Counted from the stretch's first letter, positions 12,348-23,248 are shown. The stretch is 64,000 nt of DNA from an uncultured Planctomycetota bacterium (GCA_963845755.1 CAWJTV010000007.1:1-64000), one strand, 5' to 3'. Translations and numbers: made by a program. The notes: a model not told the origin generated them from the letters alone.

Positions 12348-13559
12348 ATGCATGCACAAGCCTCCCGCGTTCCCTCCTACCGACTCCATAAACCGACGGG
12401 CCTGGCGGTCGTGACGATCGGCGGTTGTGACGTCTATCTGGGCAAACACGACACTCCCGAGAGCCGGGCCGAGTATGATCGGCTCATCGCCGAATGGTTG
12501 GCGACTGGCCGACGTTCCATGACGGCCAACGCGGCCTCCGGGGCCGATCTCACCATCAACGAATTGCACCTGGCGTACGTCCATCACGCCGACAGCTACT
12601 ATGTCAAGAACGGCAAACCGACAACGGAGCCGGTGAACATCCGATTGGCTCTCCGGCCTCTCCGCCAACTTTACGGGCACACCCTGGCTCGAGAGTTCGG
12701 GCCTCTCCGGCTCAAGACCGTTCGCAAGGCGATGATCGACTCTGGCCTCTGTCGGAGCGAGGTCAACAAACGGGTCCGACACGTCCTCCGGGCGTTCAAA
12801 TGGGCCGTTGGTGAGGAGATGGTCCCTCCATCCCTCCATCACGGCCTGAAAGCCGTCCCGGGCCTCCGCCGGGGCCGGGCCGACGTCCGGGAATCGGAGC
12901 CGGTCAAGCCGGTCCCTGATGCTTTCGTGGATGCAATCCAGCCTCACATCTCCCGCCAGATTTGGGCTATAGTCCAACTCCAACGCCTCTCCGGCATGCG
13001 GCCTGGGGAGGCTTGCATCATGCGGACGATCGACATCGACACGACCGGCCGTGTGTGGGTCTACACGCCGGAATCCCACAAGACTGAGCACCACGGCCGG
13101 GAGCGACGGATCTATCTCGGCCCCGCGGCCCAAGAGATTCTCCGGCCGTGGCTCCGAACCGAGTTGACGGCCTACCTGTTCTCTCCGGCCGAAGCGGAGG
13201 CCGAACGTCGGGCCGAACAGAGGGTAAGGCGGGAAACCCGGGTCCAACCGTCGCAAGTGAGTCGACGGAGGCGGAAGCCCAGCAAGGCTCCCGGCCAACG
13301 TTACACGGTTGATTCGTACCGGCGAGCGATCGAGTACGGCATCAAGTGGGCAAATCGGGAGTCAGGAAGGGATGAGACTCGCGCAATTCCGCACTGGCAT
13401 CCGCACCAGCTCCGGCACAACGCCGCGACCCGCCTGCGTCGGGAGTTCGGCCTCGACGTCGCACGGGCGGTCCTCGGGCATAGTTCGCCGGCAGTGACGG
13501 AAGTCTACGCCGAGCTCGATCACGCCAAGGCCGCCGACGCCATGGCGAGGATCGGCTGA
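12348..13559 (+). CDS. tyrosine recombinase / phage-type integrase
   Basis: SGMRPGE (R), HKT (K), HQLRH (HxxR), LGH...Y catalytic set; 110 bp after the tRNA. Confidence 0.95.
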   Translation: MHAQASRVPSYRLHKPTGLAVVTIGGCDVYLGKHDTPESRAEYDRLIAEWLATGRRSMTANAASGADLTINELHLAYVHHADSYYVKNGKPTTEPVNIRLALRPLRQLYGHTLAREFGPLRLKTVRKAMIDSGLCRSEVNKRVRHVLRAFKWAVGEEMVPPSLHHGLKAVPGLRRGRADVRESEPVKPVPDAFVDAIQPHISRQIWAIVQLQRLSGMRPGEACIMRTIDIDTTGRVWVYTPESHKTEHHGRERRIYLGPAAQEILRPWLRTELTAYLFSPAEAEAERRAEQRVRRETRVQPSQVSRRRRKPSKAPGQRYTVDSYRRAIEYGIKWANRESGRDETRAIPHWHPHQLRHNAATRLRREFGLDVARAVLGHSSPAVTEVYAELDHAKAADAMARIG

Positions 13560-13579
13560 CCCGTCGCCAGGCACCGGGC

Positions 13580-14011
13580 ATGATGGGCCTATCCATCGGT
13601 TTTGCGACATCACCGAGTGACGCCACCAAGCTGGCCGGCCACCGGTTCCGCCTTCCGTGCTGGGCCTGGCCGGCCGCTCTGGCCGCCGTCCACGGCGGTC
13701 TCGTGGGAATGGCCCTGATGCTCGTCCTCGGCCTCCACGAGGCCGCCAGGCTCGTCCACGGGCCGTGGCGAGACCCGGCCAAGCGGATCATGGACAACCC
13801 CTACGCGAAGGTCGTCCTCGCCGACGAGCCGGATGATGTCCGTGCCGGCGGCGACCCGCCTGGCTTCGAAAACACAAAGACCGTCGTGTATCAGGACACG
13901 ACGACCGACCAGCGCCTGTTCTCGAAGGCCTTCGGGGAGGGCCCGGACACCGGCAAGGGCGAGACCTATACGATGCCCGCCCCTGGTTCGGCGGCAAGAC
14001 GTCGCCGTTGA
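13580..14011 (+). CDS. hypothetical membrane protein
   Basis: ORF with a hydrophobic segment, co-oriented after the integrase. Confidence 0.45.
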   Translation: MMGLSIGFATSPSDATKLAGHRFRLPCWAWPAALAAVHGGLVGMALMLVLGLHEAARLVHGPWRDPAKRIMDNPYAKVVLADEPDDVRAGGDPPGFENTKTVVYQDTTTDQRLFSKAFGEGPDTGKGETYTMPAPGSAARRRR

Positions 14012-14029
14012 CGACGAGGATGAAGACGA

Positions 14030-14337
14030 ATGACGGCCATCACCGTCACGATCGAGGACCAAATACCGGAAAGCCGAAGGACTGCCGCAAACGCGCCGTC
14101 GCCCGGGCCGTCAACCGCCAACTCGACCCCGAGCTCAAATCGCGCGTCGGCCGGCACGTGGTCTTGATCGAGAAGGACGAGCCGTCCATCTTCAACAGCC
14201 CGTTGTGGTCGGCCCACCTGTCGGCCGTCGCCCGCGAGCTCGTCGCGCGGATCGACATGAAGGGCTGCGACCCAGAGCCAACCCCCGTGACCTTCGACGC
14301 CGACATCCCGGCCGAATACCTGAGGAGCTCGACATGA
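14030..14337 (+). CDS. small phage-like hypothetical protein (paralog 1, N-terminal frameshift)
   Basis: MTAITVTIEDQ / GKPKDCRKRAVARAV...PVTFDADIPAEY. Confidence 0.5.
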
Positions 14338-14666
14338 TCGACCAATCGATGATCGAATGCGAGGTCGTCGTCAGCGAGAAGTACCTCGAAGTCGGTATCC
14401 CGGGATCGGGCTGCCACTGTCCCGTCGCGATGGCGATCAAGGACCACGTCCAGGCCGATGTCTACGTCAGCATGGGCTTGAACTCGGTACTGTTCGGCCG
14501 ACACAATGACGAAGGGATCGACGAGGTCGTCCTCCAACGGCCCGAGGTCGTCTGGTCCATTATCCGAGACGTCGATCGCGGATATCGACCGACGAAGGCC
14601 GTCCGATTCCCCCTTCCTATACCGGCCCGGTTCGTTCGATCGAGATCGATGAATGCGCGCAATTAG
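14334..14666 (+). CDS. small phage-like hypothetical protein (paralog 2)
   Basis: ATGA overlap with the previous gene; EVVVSEKYLEVGIPGSGCHCPVAMAI...AVRFPLPIPARF. Confidence 0.55.
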   Translation: MIDQSMIECEVVVSEKYLEVGIPGSGCHCPVAMAIKDHVQADVYVSMGLNSVLFGRHNDEGIDEVVLQRPEVVWSIIRDVDRGYRPTKAVRFPLPIPARFVRSRSMNARN

Positions 14667-14740
14667 TCGAGGGAATGATTGGTTGCTAGCCATCGTTAAT
14701 CCTTCGGTTATTCCTCTCGGGATTAAAACCATACGTGGGA

Positions 14741-14774
14741 CGGAACGGGGGGGAGCCCTGCGACCCCCCTTCCG
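14741..14774 (+). other. GC hairpin in an AT-rich patch upstream of Rep-like gene A
   Basis: CGGAACGGGGGGG-AGCCCTGCGA-CCCCCCTTCCG. Confidence 0.55.
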
Positions 14775-14840
14775 GACCATGTATAATCTTCCATAGGAAG
14801 TAATTAGCATAAAGCCAGAAATTCCGGGGAGGGACTGTGC

Positions 14841-15821
14841 ATGATCTTCCTTCGGAAGCATATTGGCATAAAAGAGGGCAAGCTTCGAATGGTTGATTTC
14901 GTGCAGACAATCAAGAGGAGAGACGGGACATCTGCCTGCTCGCAAGGATTCGAGTATCTTCGCTCGCATCGAGGCTGGTATGCTCGCATCGAAAGTGGGG
15001 CTGTTGTCCTGCCTTTGATCGGCAAGCGACGCCCTCGACGCGCTCGTGATTGCTTCAATGCCGTGGCGGCCCTGCGCCGCAAGCACCTGCAAGCCCGGGC
15101 CCTTGCCGGTCATCTGTCGCTCGAAGAGGCCGGCCGGCTCGTGCGTTGTCGTCCGGCCTTCGCACATGTGAGGCCGGCTCTCGGTTTCTGCAAGTACGAA
15201 CTCTGCCCCTACTGCTGGGCCCGCAAGGCGGCCTGGGCCTGGCAGGCGGTCGACGCCGCCTTGTTCGCCGTGCCGCCCGGTCAGAAGCAAAAGCGGCCTC
15301 GTTTCGAATATGACCTCGTCCTGGCAAGCCGGACCTTCAAGCCGGAGGTCCTGAAGCCTTACGTGAAAAATGTCCTGCCGAATCTGTCGCTCGTGTTTGC
15401 AGATCGGCTCGCCTGCCGCAAGAAGGACGTGAAAGGGCCGGTCCCGGCCCGCGGCCCTGAGATGGACGGCCTGGACTTCCTGGGCGCCCTCGATCGGCTG
15501 GCGATCGCGCCCGAATGGAAGGACCCGAAGACCTGGCAGATCTCGATCCGGCAGGTCTTCGTCGTGCCCCCGGGCGGTACGATCGCGATCCAGGAGTCGA
15601 AGCAGAGGCGATTCGAAAAGCCAAAGCGCAAGCAGGTGGCCGCGGCGATCGCGTGGCTGCATCGCTACCCGCGGGGTTTCCTGATCGCCAACGGGAAGAC
15701 CGCCAGACCAGAGGCGACGTCGCTCTACCTCGCCGCCCGGAAGGATCGTCGCTTATCGGCCGCGTACGGGATCTTCCGGAAGACGACGGCCCAACGTAGC
15801 CCCGTCCAGGACGCCGAGTAA
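14841..15821 (+). CDS. Rep_1-like Cys4 protein lacking HUH (paralog A)
   Basis: CRPAF...FCKYELCPYCWAR, WQISIRQV, LHRYP, RRLSAAYGIFR; homologous to 30555-31577. Confidence 0.65.
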   Translation: MIFLRKHIGIKEGKLRMVDFVQTIKRRDGTSACSQGFEYLRSHRGWYARIESGAVVLPLIGKRRPRRARDCFNAVAALRRKHLQARALAGHLSLEEAGRLVRCRPAFAHVRPALGFCKYELCPYCWARKAAWAWQAVDAALFAVPPGQKQKRPRFEYDLVLASRTFKPEVLKPYVKNVLPNLSLVFADRLACRKKDVKGPVPARGPEMDGLDFLGALDRLAIAPEWKDPKTWQISIRQVFVVPPGGTIAIQESKQRRFEKPKRKQVAAAIAWLHRYPRGFLIANGKTARPEATSLYLAARKDRRLSAAYGIFRKTTAQRSPVQDAE

Positions 15822-17575
15822 TCGCCGGGGACAGTGCCGGGGTTCGGGGTGGCGGCCCTGCATCAAGGACCGTGCGAACGACCGGCTGCGAGGCCGGGCC
15901 TCGGTGTGGGACCCGGCCGTCGGCCGCAAGCCCGCCTGGCCGGCGGCCGGTCGGTACGGGCGGGGGCGTCAATCGCCGAGCCATAGTGGCGGTCGAACCG
16001 GTCATCGCCTTCCCGTTACTCGGTGTCATGGTCGGAACTGGGCCGCGGGAGCGCAAGGAATAGTCTCGGTCGTATACGCCGGGGCCGTGCGATACATCCC
16101 AAGGACGACGACGAATTCCCGAAGCACGCGGTCGATAACGGAAGGAGGCGATCGGGCGAGTCGACGACCCCATGGACCACTGGCCACGCCATTACAACCC
16201 TGCTCCCGCCCGGCCTGTTGTGCCGCGCACGGTGGCCGAGGTTGGCGCCACCAACCCGGCGATCCGCTGTCTTCGGCCGACGGCCGCCGTGTACGCCCCG
16301 GCGCCTTGCCCTGCCTCGGCGAGGCTCGCGAGGCCGTCCTCCTGATATCGGTTGCCCGGGCCCGGGACTTGCTCAAGGCGCGCTCGGCCATGTCGCTCTT
16401 CTCGGCGGGCTGACCGGCCGCCTAGGCCGGGACCGGCGGGCGAATCGCCGATCGGGTTCTGTCAGGGCCGGGCCGGTCCGCCGGGCCCCGGCGCCCGGGG
16501 CCGCGAGGTACTCGACGTCATCTCAAGAACCGGCCGCCCTCGCCCGCCGACGCCGCACGTGATCCCGGGGACGGCGCCGCGTCCGCAACGGGGGCGTGAG
16601 TGCTCGCCGGCCATCTTCGGGAATCGGGGGGCGACCGGCGCGATCGACCTGGTCGGCCGGCGGCGCCCGGAGGCCGCGAGGTTGGCCGCCCGACGGCACC
16701 GACCGGCCTCGGGTACCGAATGCGCACCGTCGTGCGTATTTCGCCGCTATGAACCGGTCTGCTTCCTGGCTGAGGACGACGCCGACGCCGCCCGCACGAA
16801 CCCGACGCGATGCCGATCGAACCCGACGGCCATTGGCTGGCCAGCTCTCAGGGGCTTCGACCTCGATCGTCCGGGTCGCGGGGTCGGGTGGGCTGAGCCC
16901 ACTCTATGAAGGTCGACCACCTTCTGCACCGGCGTGATCCGATCAGGCCTGGCCGCGGTCACGAACTCTAGCCGTGACCGGCGTCATTTCCCGGGGACGT
17001 CCGTCCTGCCGGCGGCGGAACAAGATCGCATCTGAATCGGCGCCGCCCGTCGTTGGTCTTGCGACCAGCGCACCGTCTACGCCGTGCTCCCCGGCCGTCG
17101 AACGGGCCTGATCCCGGCCCACCTCCATGCCGTGGTTGCGACCGCACGCGTTAATCACGACGGCGGCGCAGGAGCGCGTGAGCATCCCCTTGGGGCCCCG
17201 GGGTTGGCCAGTATGCAGAACCCTCATTTTCAGCGCCGTGAATTGGCCCGTGAACTCGGGTGGCTCGGCGTAAGGCAGGACTCGTCCGACCACGCCCAGG
17301 ACTTGGTCCCGACGGCCTCCGGCCCAGGGCATTGCACGCGAGCGGCGGCGCGATCATCGCGGCAGATATGAGGCCCCTGGCGCCAACACGATTCGCCGGC
17401 CGAATCCCAGGAGGACAGTCGGCTGGTTGACGGCAAATGGAACGACTGATCGCGCAATTCCAGATCGAATCTCCCCGGCGAGGCCAGGTCGATTAGGGCG
17501 CATCCGAGGATCTGGGTATGGTGGTTTGGTCGGCAATCGGATGCGAAACGTGGCAGCCGTGTAGGAGATCCTGAG

Positions 17576-18037
17576 TTGGCCGAATCTCGAGGCAAGGCGG
17601 CGGGAGGTCCTGGTGAAACTCCGACTTTCAGAGACGAGGGCGAACGTGCGACGACCGCGCGGACCTGCTCGACCGGGGCCGCGTCATCTGGCCCGTCCTT
17701 CTACCAGATCGTCCTGGGCCGCGACACGATCGTGACGTTGACCCAGGCCACCGCCCTGATCCCGCCACGGCGGCGCGGGCGGAAGGCCAGCGTATCGACG
17801 TTGTTCCGCTGGTCCACCTCGGGCTGCCGCGGGATCATCCTGCCCACGCTCCAGTGCGGCGGCACCCGCTGCACGTCGGTGGAGGCCCTCCAGTGGTTTT
17901 TCGAGATGCTCGGACAGGTCGGCCGGGGACGGGGCGCCCAGGCCGGTCCGGCGGGCATCCCGCTCCGGCGCAGCCCGGCCCAGCGCCGGCGGGCCGCCGA
18001 GGCGGCTGGCAGGCGCCTGGAGAAGATGGGCGCCTGA
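17576..18037 (+). CDS. DUF1580 HTH protein (excisionase-like); true start probably later
   Basis: LTQATALIPPRRRGRKASVSTLFRWSTSGCRGIILPTLQCGGTRCTSVEALQWF. Confidence 0.8.
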   Translation: MAESRGKAAGGPGETPTFRDEGERATTARTCSTGAASSGPSFYQIVLGRDTIVTLTQATALIPPRRRGRKASVSTLFRWSTSGCRGIILPTLQCGGTRCTSVEALQWFFEMLGQVGRGRGAQAGPAGIPLRRSPAQRRRAAEAAGRRLEKMGA

Positions 18038-18269
18038 TCGGCGTGCCCATTCAACGCGGCGGCCCGGCCGCGGCCCTTCCTCGGGTCCGAGGGAAAGGAG
18101 CGGCGAGCCGCCGGCACGCGACGGGCCGGGTTGCCGGGGCGGATCGTCGCCGGGTCGTGTCAAGACAGAGATGGCTCCCTAAAGTGAGGGAACCAACCAT
18201 GATTCGGAAGCCGGAGGCCGGCACCGGACATCGTGTCCGGGACCCACGCGGGGACGGCGGCCGCTGGCG

Positions 18270-18445
18270 GCCGTCCCCATCGGCGGCGCGATCGGGACGT
18301 GGTTTCTTATTACCCGGCGCGCCGCAGATGTCCCAGCCCTCTCGTGTCCGGACATCGTGTCCGGTCACCTGGAGATGCCAGGGGCGCGGCCGGGCGATAT
18401 CGGGGCGATGAGTTCGGGTCGGTCGTCATCAGGGGGGCGGAGCCG
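18270..18445 (+). repeat. direct repeat copy 1 upstream of recQ, contains the 17-bp palindrome
   Basis: Aligns to 21040-21213; core 18348-18445 vs 21116-21213 is highly similar. Confidence 0.85.
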
Positions 18446-18805
18446 GGTGGGTCACCTAACGTCGCGGAACCGGTCGTGTCTCCGCGGTCTGGAAGGTCGC
18501 CGCTGGTCCACGGCGGCGGCTCACCGCTTCCCGTTACGCTATCTCGGGACGATGGCCGGTCCCGCAAAGTCGGCTTGAGTAGATCCGGGTGCTGCCGGAT
18601 TCCGGGCCGGACGTCAACGCGGGAGCCGCGTCACCGCTGGCCGCGTTTTGTCCCAGGCACGCCTTCGGCGACAATGAGCGTCCGACCAGTCGAGTGGACC
18701 GCTGCCGAGATCTGGGTTGCCCCGGCAGCCTCCGCCGACGTCTGATGCTCGCCTACGATCCGGGCCAATTGCGGCCCACACCAAAGCGCACGAAAGGTCT
18801 ATCCC

Positions 18806-20878
18806 TTGCCAACGCTCGACCATGCTCGCCGGACGCTCAAGGACGTGTTCGGCCACAGCAGCTTCCTCCCCGGCCAGGACCTGGTGATTGCCCGCATTCT
18901 CAGTGGGACCTCGACTGTTGCGATCTTCCCCACTGCCGGCGGTAAGAGTCTCTGCTACCAGCTTCCGGCCCTCCTGCTCGACGGCCTGACCGTGGTCGTC
19001 TCGCCCCTGATCGCCCTGATGCAGGACCAGGTCGATCAGCTCGTCCGAAAGGGCATCCCGGCCGCCCGGCTCGACTCCAGCCTCGACACTCAAGAGGCCG
19101 CCAAGGTCTACGCTGGCCTCGACGCAGGCCGCTTCAAGCTCCTCTACCTGTCCCCCGAACGCTTTGCCAGCGAGCGGATGCGACAGACTCTGGCCCGGCA
19201 TTCGATCGCGTCGCTGGCGATCGACGAATCGCACTGTATCAGCGAGTGGGGCGATAACTTCCGACCTGAGTACCTCAAACTGGCGCGACTGGCGGAGCAA
19301 CTCAACGTCGGCTGCGTGCTGGCGCTGACGGCGACCGCCACGCCGAAGGTCGCCGGGGACATCGCCCAGGCCTTCCGGATCGCACCGGAGAACATCGTCA
19401 CAACCGGTTTTCATCGGCCGAACCTGGAGCTTCACGCCGTCCCCTGCCGCCCCGATGAGCGTCTGGGGCTGTTGCGACAGTGGCTCGAGTCCCGTCCGCC
19501 TGGCCCGGCGATCGTCTACGTGTCGCTCCAACATACGGCCGAGGAGGTGGCCAAGGCCCTGGCCGAACTGGGCCACGACGCCGTCGCCTATCACGCCGGT
19601 ATGCCGGCTGAGGAACGGCGCCGGATCCAGGATGGCTTCATGATCGCGCAGTCTCAGATCATTGTCGCGACGATCGCCTTCGGCATGGGCATCGACAAGG
19701 CGAATATCCGCGCGATCTACCACTACAACCTTCCCAAGAGCCTGGAAGACTATGCGCAGGGGATCGGCCGTGCCGGTCGCGACGGCGAGCCCGCCACATG
19801 CGTGCTTTTCGCCTGCTCCGAGGATGTGCTGGCTCTCGAGAACTTTGCCTACGGTGACACGCCGACGCCGGAGGTGGTCGCGGACCTGCTCGCCGACGTG
19901 CTGAGTCGCGGTCCCGAGTTCGACGTATCTGTTCACGACCTGGCCCAGACGCACGACGTTCGCATTCCCGTCGTGAAGACCCTGCTGACCTACCTCGAGC
20001 TGGAGCAAGTCCTGACGGCGACCGCGTCGTTCTGCAAGGAGTACATATTCCAGCCGCGGCGATCGGTCGAGGCGATCCTGGGATGCCTCGACGCGGGGCG
20101 GGCCGCGTTCCTTCACGGGCTGTTCCGTCGGGCTCGCCTGGGCACTACCTGGTGGACGCTGGATGTGGCGTCGGCCGTGCAGGCCTTGCGTGTGCCCCGC
20201 GACCGGATTCTCGAAGCGTTGACCGCCCTGGAGGTCCAGGGCGAGCTGGTCCTCAAGTTCAGCGGGGCGAGGCAGGCATATCGCCTGCTCCAACCTGCCC
20301 CGGACCTCCCGCGGCTCGGCTCGCTGCTGGCCGAACGGCTGTTGCAACGCGAAGGGCGGGAGGTCGCTCGAGTGCGGGCTATGCTCGAGTTCGCCCAGGA
20401 GAGGGGCTGCTTGACGAGGCGGTTGCTGAACCACTTCGGCGAGGCGATGGACGCCGATTGCGGCCATTGCGGTCCTTGCCTCGACGAGCCGCCGAGACCC
20501 GTGCCGGCTCCGACGGTCCGGCAACTCGGTCTCGCCGAGTGGGACCTCGTGGCCAGATTGCGGTCCGAGGGGCACGCGGCGCTGGCGAGCCCGCGGCAGC
20601 TCGCGCGTTTCTTGTGCGGGCTGACCTCGCCGGCCACGACGCGCGCCAAGCTGACGAAGGACCGCCGATTCGGCAAGCTGGCCGACGTCCCGTTCCGGGA
20701 TGTCCTCAGGTTTGTCGAGGGGTGCGGCTCCGTCTCCCCGGCCCGAGCTCCCGAGGGTCACGAGACGCTGCGACGGGTAGCCGACCGCAAGCCGACGGCA
20801 TCCGCGAGCGCGTTCGGGGGCACGCCCAGGCCGGACTCGCGTGTACCGGTCCTGACCAGGCGTCGCGCTGGTCGATGA
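18806..20878 (+). CDS. recQ: RecQ family ATP-dependent DNA helicase
   Basis: PTAGGKSLCYQLP, IDESHCISEWG, ATIAFGMGIDK, GRAGRDG, Zn site C...CGHCGPC. Confidence 0.95.
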   Translation: MPTLDHARRTLKDVFGHSSFLPGQDLVIARILSGTSTVAIFPTAGGKSLCYQLPALLLDGLTVVVSPLIALMQDQVDQLVRKGIPAARLDSSLDTQEAAKVYAGLDAGRFKLLYLSPERFASERMRQTLARHSIASLAIDESHCISEWGDNFRPEYLKLARLAEQLNVGCVLALTATATPKVAGDIAQAFRIAPENIVTTGFHRPNLELHAVPCRPDERLGLLRQWLESRPPGPAIVYVSLQHTAEEVAKALAELGHDAVAYHAGMPAEERRRIQDGFMIAQSQIIVATIAFGMGIDKANIRAIYHYNLPKSLEDYAQGIGRAGRDGEPATCVLFACSEDVLALENFAYGDTPTPEVVADLLADVLSRGPEFDVSVHDLAQTHDVRIPVVKTLLTYLELEQVLTATASFCKEYIFQPRRSVEAILGCLDAGRAAFLHGLFRRARLGTTWWTLDVASAVQALRVPRDRILEALTALEVQGELVLKFSGARQAYRLLQPAPDLPRLGSLLAERLLQREGREVARVRAMLEFAQERGCLTRRLLNHFGEAMDADCGHCGPCLDEPPRPVPAPTVRQLGLAEWDLVARLRSEGHAALASPRQLARFLCGLTSPATTRAKLTKDRRFGKLADVPFRDVLRFVEGCGSVSPARAPEGHETLRRVADRKPTASASAFGGTPRPDSRVPVLTRRRAGR

Positions 20879-21039
20879 TCTGTTCCGACAAACCGAGGGG
20901 CTCGTCGCCGAGCCCCGCGCGGTATTCTGGCCCGAAAGCCGGCAAGGCCGACTTGCATCCTCGGAGAACGATCTGCGTTCGGCCGCCCCCGGGTAGGTGG
21001 GGTTGGTCATCGAAGCGATCCTCGCGTGGGTCCATCGGG

Positions 21040-21213
21040 GCCGCCCATCCGGCGCGCGATCCGGGCGTGGTCACTGCTTACCCAGCCCACCCCCTTTGTC
21101 CCATCCCTTTCCCATCTGGACATCGTGTCCGGTCATGAGGAGATGCCAGGGGGTCGCGGCCGGGCGCCATCGGGACGACGATTCGGGTCTGTCGTATCAG
21201 AGGGGCGGAGCCG
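21040..21213 (+). repeat. direct repeat copy 2 downstream of recQ
   Basis: GGACATCGTGTCCGGTCA...GGAGATGCCAGGGG...GGGGCGGAGCCG shared with copy 1. Confidence 0.85.
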
Positions 21214-21349
21214 CGTAAGTTTTCTAACAGTACAGAACCAGTCGTGTCGCCGCAGTGTGCGAACTCGCCAGATGGCCACCGGGACTTCTCTGCCGAGGGA
21301 TCGTTCAAAAGCATCCTGCTCGCGGTCATGGACCCGGATCGGCCGAGAA

Positions 21350-22756
21350 TCACGGCTGCCGGGTCACCCGGTCCCAGAATTCCTCCCAGCGGCCGGGAGT
21401 CCGCGTGAGCTCGCGGAGGATCAAGATGGCTCTGGCCGCCGTCACGCCGATCTTGAACTTCGGATGTTTGAGCCGGTCCCCGAGGACCGCGTCCGCCAGG
21501 CCGGCCAGGATGCCGCCGTTGGCGAACATCAGCCAGGCGGCCGGCTCCTGATAATCCAGCCGGCCGGCCGAATGCTGCTGGGTCAGGAAATCGAGGGCCT
21601 CCGCGATCGATGCGCGGCCTTCATCCGGCAGGGGATCACGCAGCCAGGCTTGGAGGTCGGCCACGATTGACGTGATGCCCCCGGCCGATCGGAGCCGCCC
21701 TCGGGCCATTTCCAGCCAACCGGCTCGCTCCCGCCTTCGCCATGTCCGTTCTCGTGAATCGTCTCCCTCTCCCAGCCCGGCGCGCTGCACCTGCTCGAAG
21801 TAGGCTTGGGCGGCCCGCGCGATCGTATCGATCACCCGGTCGGGGTCGATGAACATCCTGATTTCCCATTCCCGGCCGAAGTCATCCGTCCGTTCGGACA
21901 CGTTCCTCTGCCGCGTCAGCCAGTTGTCCAGGAACTCGACGCCCCAGGGCTGACCGCCCGAGACCCCGATGAGCCGGGCCGCCTTGTGCTGCTGCTTGTG
22001 CAGTGCGCGGTCAAGCTCGTCATTCATACGGCGGGCGAATCGGCCGCGATCGGGCTGGGGCGGATCCGCCGGCGATCCCCACTCGAACAAATCGGTCACG
22101 TAGAGCGCATATTGCCGGCGGCCATCAACGTCGTAGAACGAGACCGAGCCGATCGCCGCCGTCGCGCGGGTCGGCCGGGACGAGATCTCGACCTCGTCCA
22201 GGCCCACAACCAGCGTCACGGTGGGATTCTCGAAGTCCGGGAGGTGGTAGATCGTCTGGTCGGCCTGGAACTCGGCGAGCGCGGCGACCGCCTCGGCGAC
22301 GTGGGCCACGAGCCCGCGCGAGAAGGTCCGGCCGTGGTTCTCCGCCATGTCCGCCTGGACGTGCGCCGACCCGAATTCGGCGAATTTGGATGCGATCATC
22401 CGCGCGAATCGCGGCGTCGCGCTCAACACGATCCCCGCCCGGTCCTCGAGCGGGCAGAAAGTTCGACCCGCCGGCCGAAGACTGATACACATGCCGCTCC
22501 ACCTGGGCCGCCCCGAAGGCCGTCTCGTAAAACTTGGAGACCTTGCCTTTGGTCGTGTACTTGCGCCCTCTCGCACCAGCGGCTGGCCGTCAGCGTCGAA
22601 CAGCTTCATCGCCTCGGCCGTCATGAGGACCCCGGCCTGGTTCACCGCCTGTTGCACGGCTTCCTCGCATTCGGACAGCGTGCGGTAGGGACCGAGATCC
22701 AGTTCGATCTCGAATGTCCGCCGGGTTCCCTCTGCCTTCGTCACGCGAGCCTGCAT
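21350..22756 (-). CDS. ISKra4-family transposase homolog with degenerate catalytic motifs
   Basis: VERHVYQSSAGG/RTFCPLEDRAGIVLSATPRFA N-terminus, VVGLD, SFYDVDGRRQ, AGRLDY, RWEEFW; compensating frameshifts near the 5' end. Confidence 0.75.
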   Translation of the reverse strand: MQARVTKAEGTRRTFEIELDLGPYRTLSECEEAVQQAVNQAGVLMTAEAMKLFDADGQPLVREGASTRPKARSPSFTRRPSGRPRWSGMCISLRPAGRTFCPLEDRAGIVLSATPRFARMIASKFAEFGSAHVQADMAENHGRTFSRGLVAHVAEAVAALAEFQADQTIYHLPDFENPTVTLVVGLDEVEISSRPTRATAAIGSVSFYDVDGRRQYALYVTDLFEWGSPADPPQPDRGRFARRMNDELDRALHKQQHKAARLIGVSGGQPWGVEFLDNWLTRQRNVSERTDDFGREWEIRMFIDPDRVIDTIARAAQAYFEQVQRAGLGEGDDSRERTWRRRERAGWLEMARGRLRSAGGITSIVADLQAWLRDPLPDEGRASIAEALDFLTQQHSAGRLDYQEPAAWLMFANGGILAGLADAVLGDRLKHPKFKIGVTAARAILILRELTRTPGRWEEFWDRVTRQP

Positions 22757-22935
22757 GGTTGGTTCCCCGCGTTACATCAAATCGTGACCACTGCGCTTGT
22801 ACTTAACGGCTATCTTGGCTATATTACGTAGGATCTGAGCGACGGCCAATCGAAAGTAGAACCCGCCGCCGATGAGGTCGGTCGCAGCAACCCTGCCATA
22901 CCCGACCCATGATCCTCCACGATTGAGAGGCACCC

Positions 22936-23248
22936 ATGTCCCCGTCGATCGACGACCGCGAAGGGCGCAACGAGTCCCGCCCAATTTCGAAAAACAAGCA
23001 GCACCCTCGGCGGGCCGCGACCTTCCCCGGAGTCGAGTATGTCGAGTTGGTCGCCGAGTCGGGAGCGGGACGGCCAGCTCGTCCCGATCCACATCACGCC
23101 GGACGGCCTGACCCTGGACGGCCACCTGCGAGTCCGGGCGGCCGGACAAGTGGGCTCGGACGAGATCCGGGTCTGCGTCCGGGACGACCTGGCGGACCAG
23201 GCTGCACCACGCCGTGGCCAGGACGACCGCCCGGGCGACCCAAGCTGA
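22936..23248 (+). pseudogene. degenerate ParB N-terminal domain paralog
   Basis: PIHITPDGLTLDGHLRVRAA...IRVCVRDDL matches the next gene's AIQVTPDGTIIDGHQRVRAA...IRVWVRDDL. Confidence 0.65.

Noticed and set aside
18224..18364. Palindrome pair as a CRISPR array
   Set aside because: Only two nearby copies 124 bp apart, the others are dispersed over kilobases, and there are no cas genes
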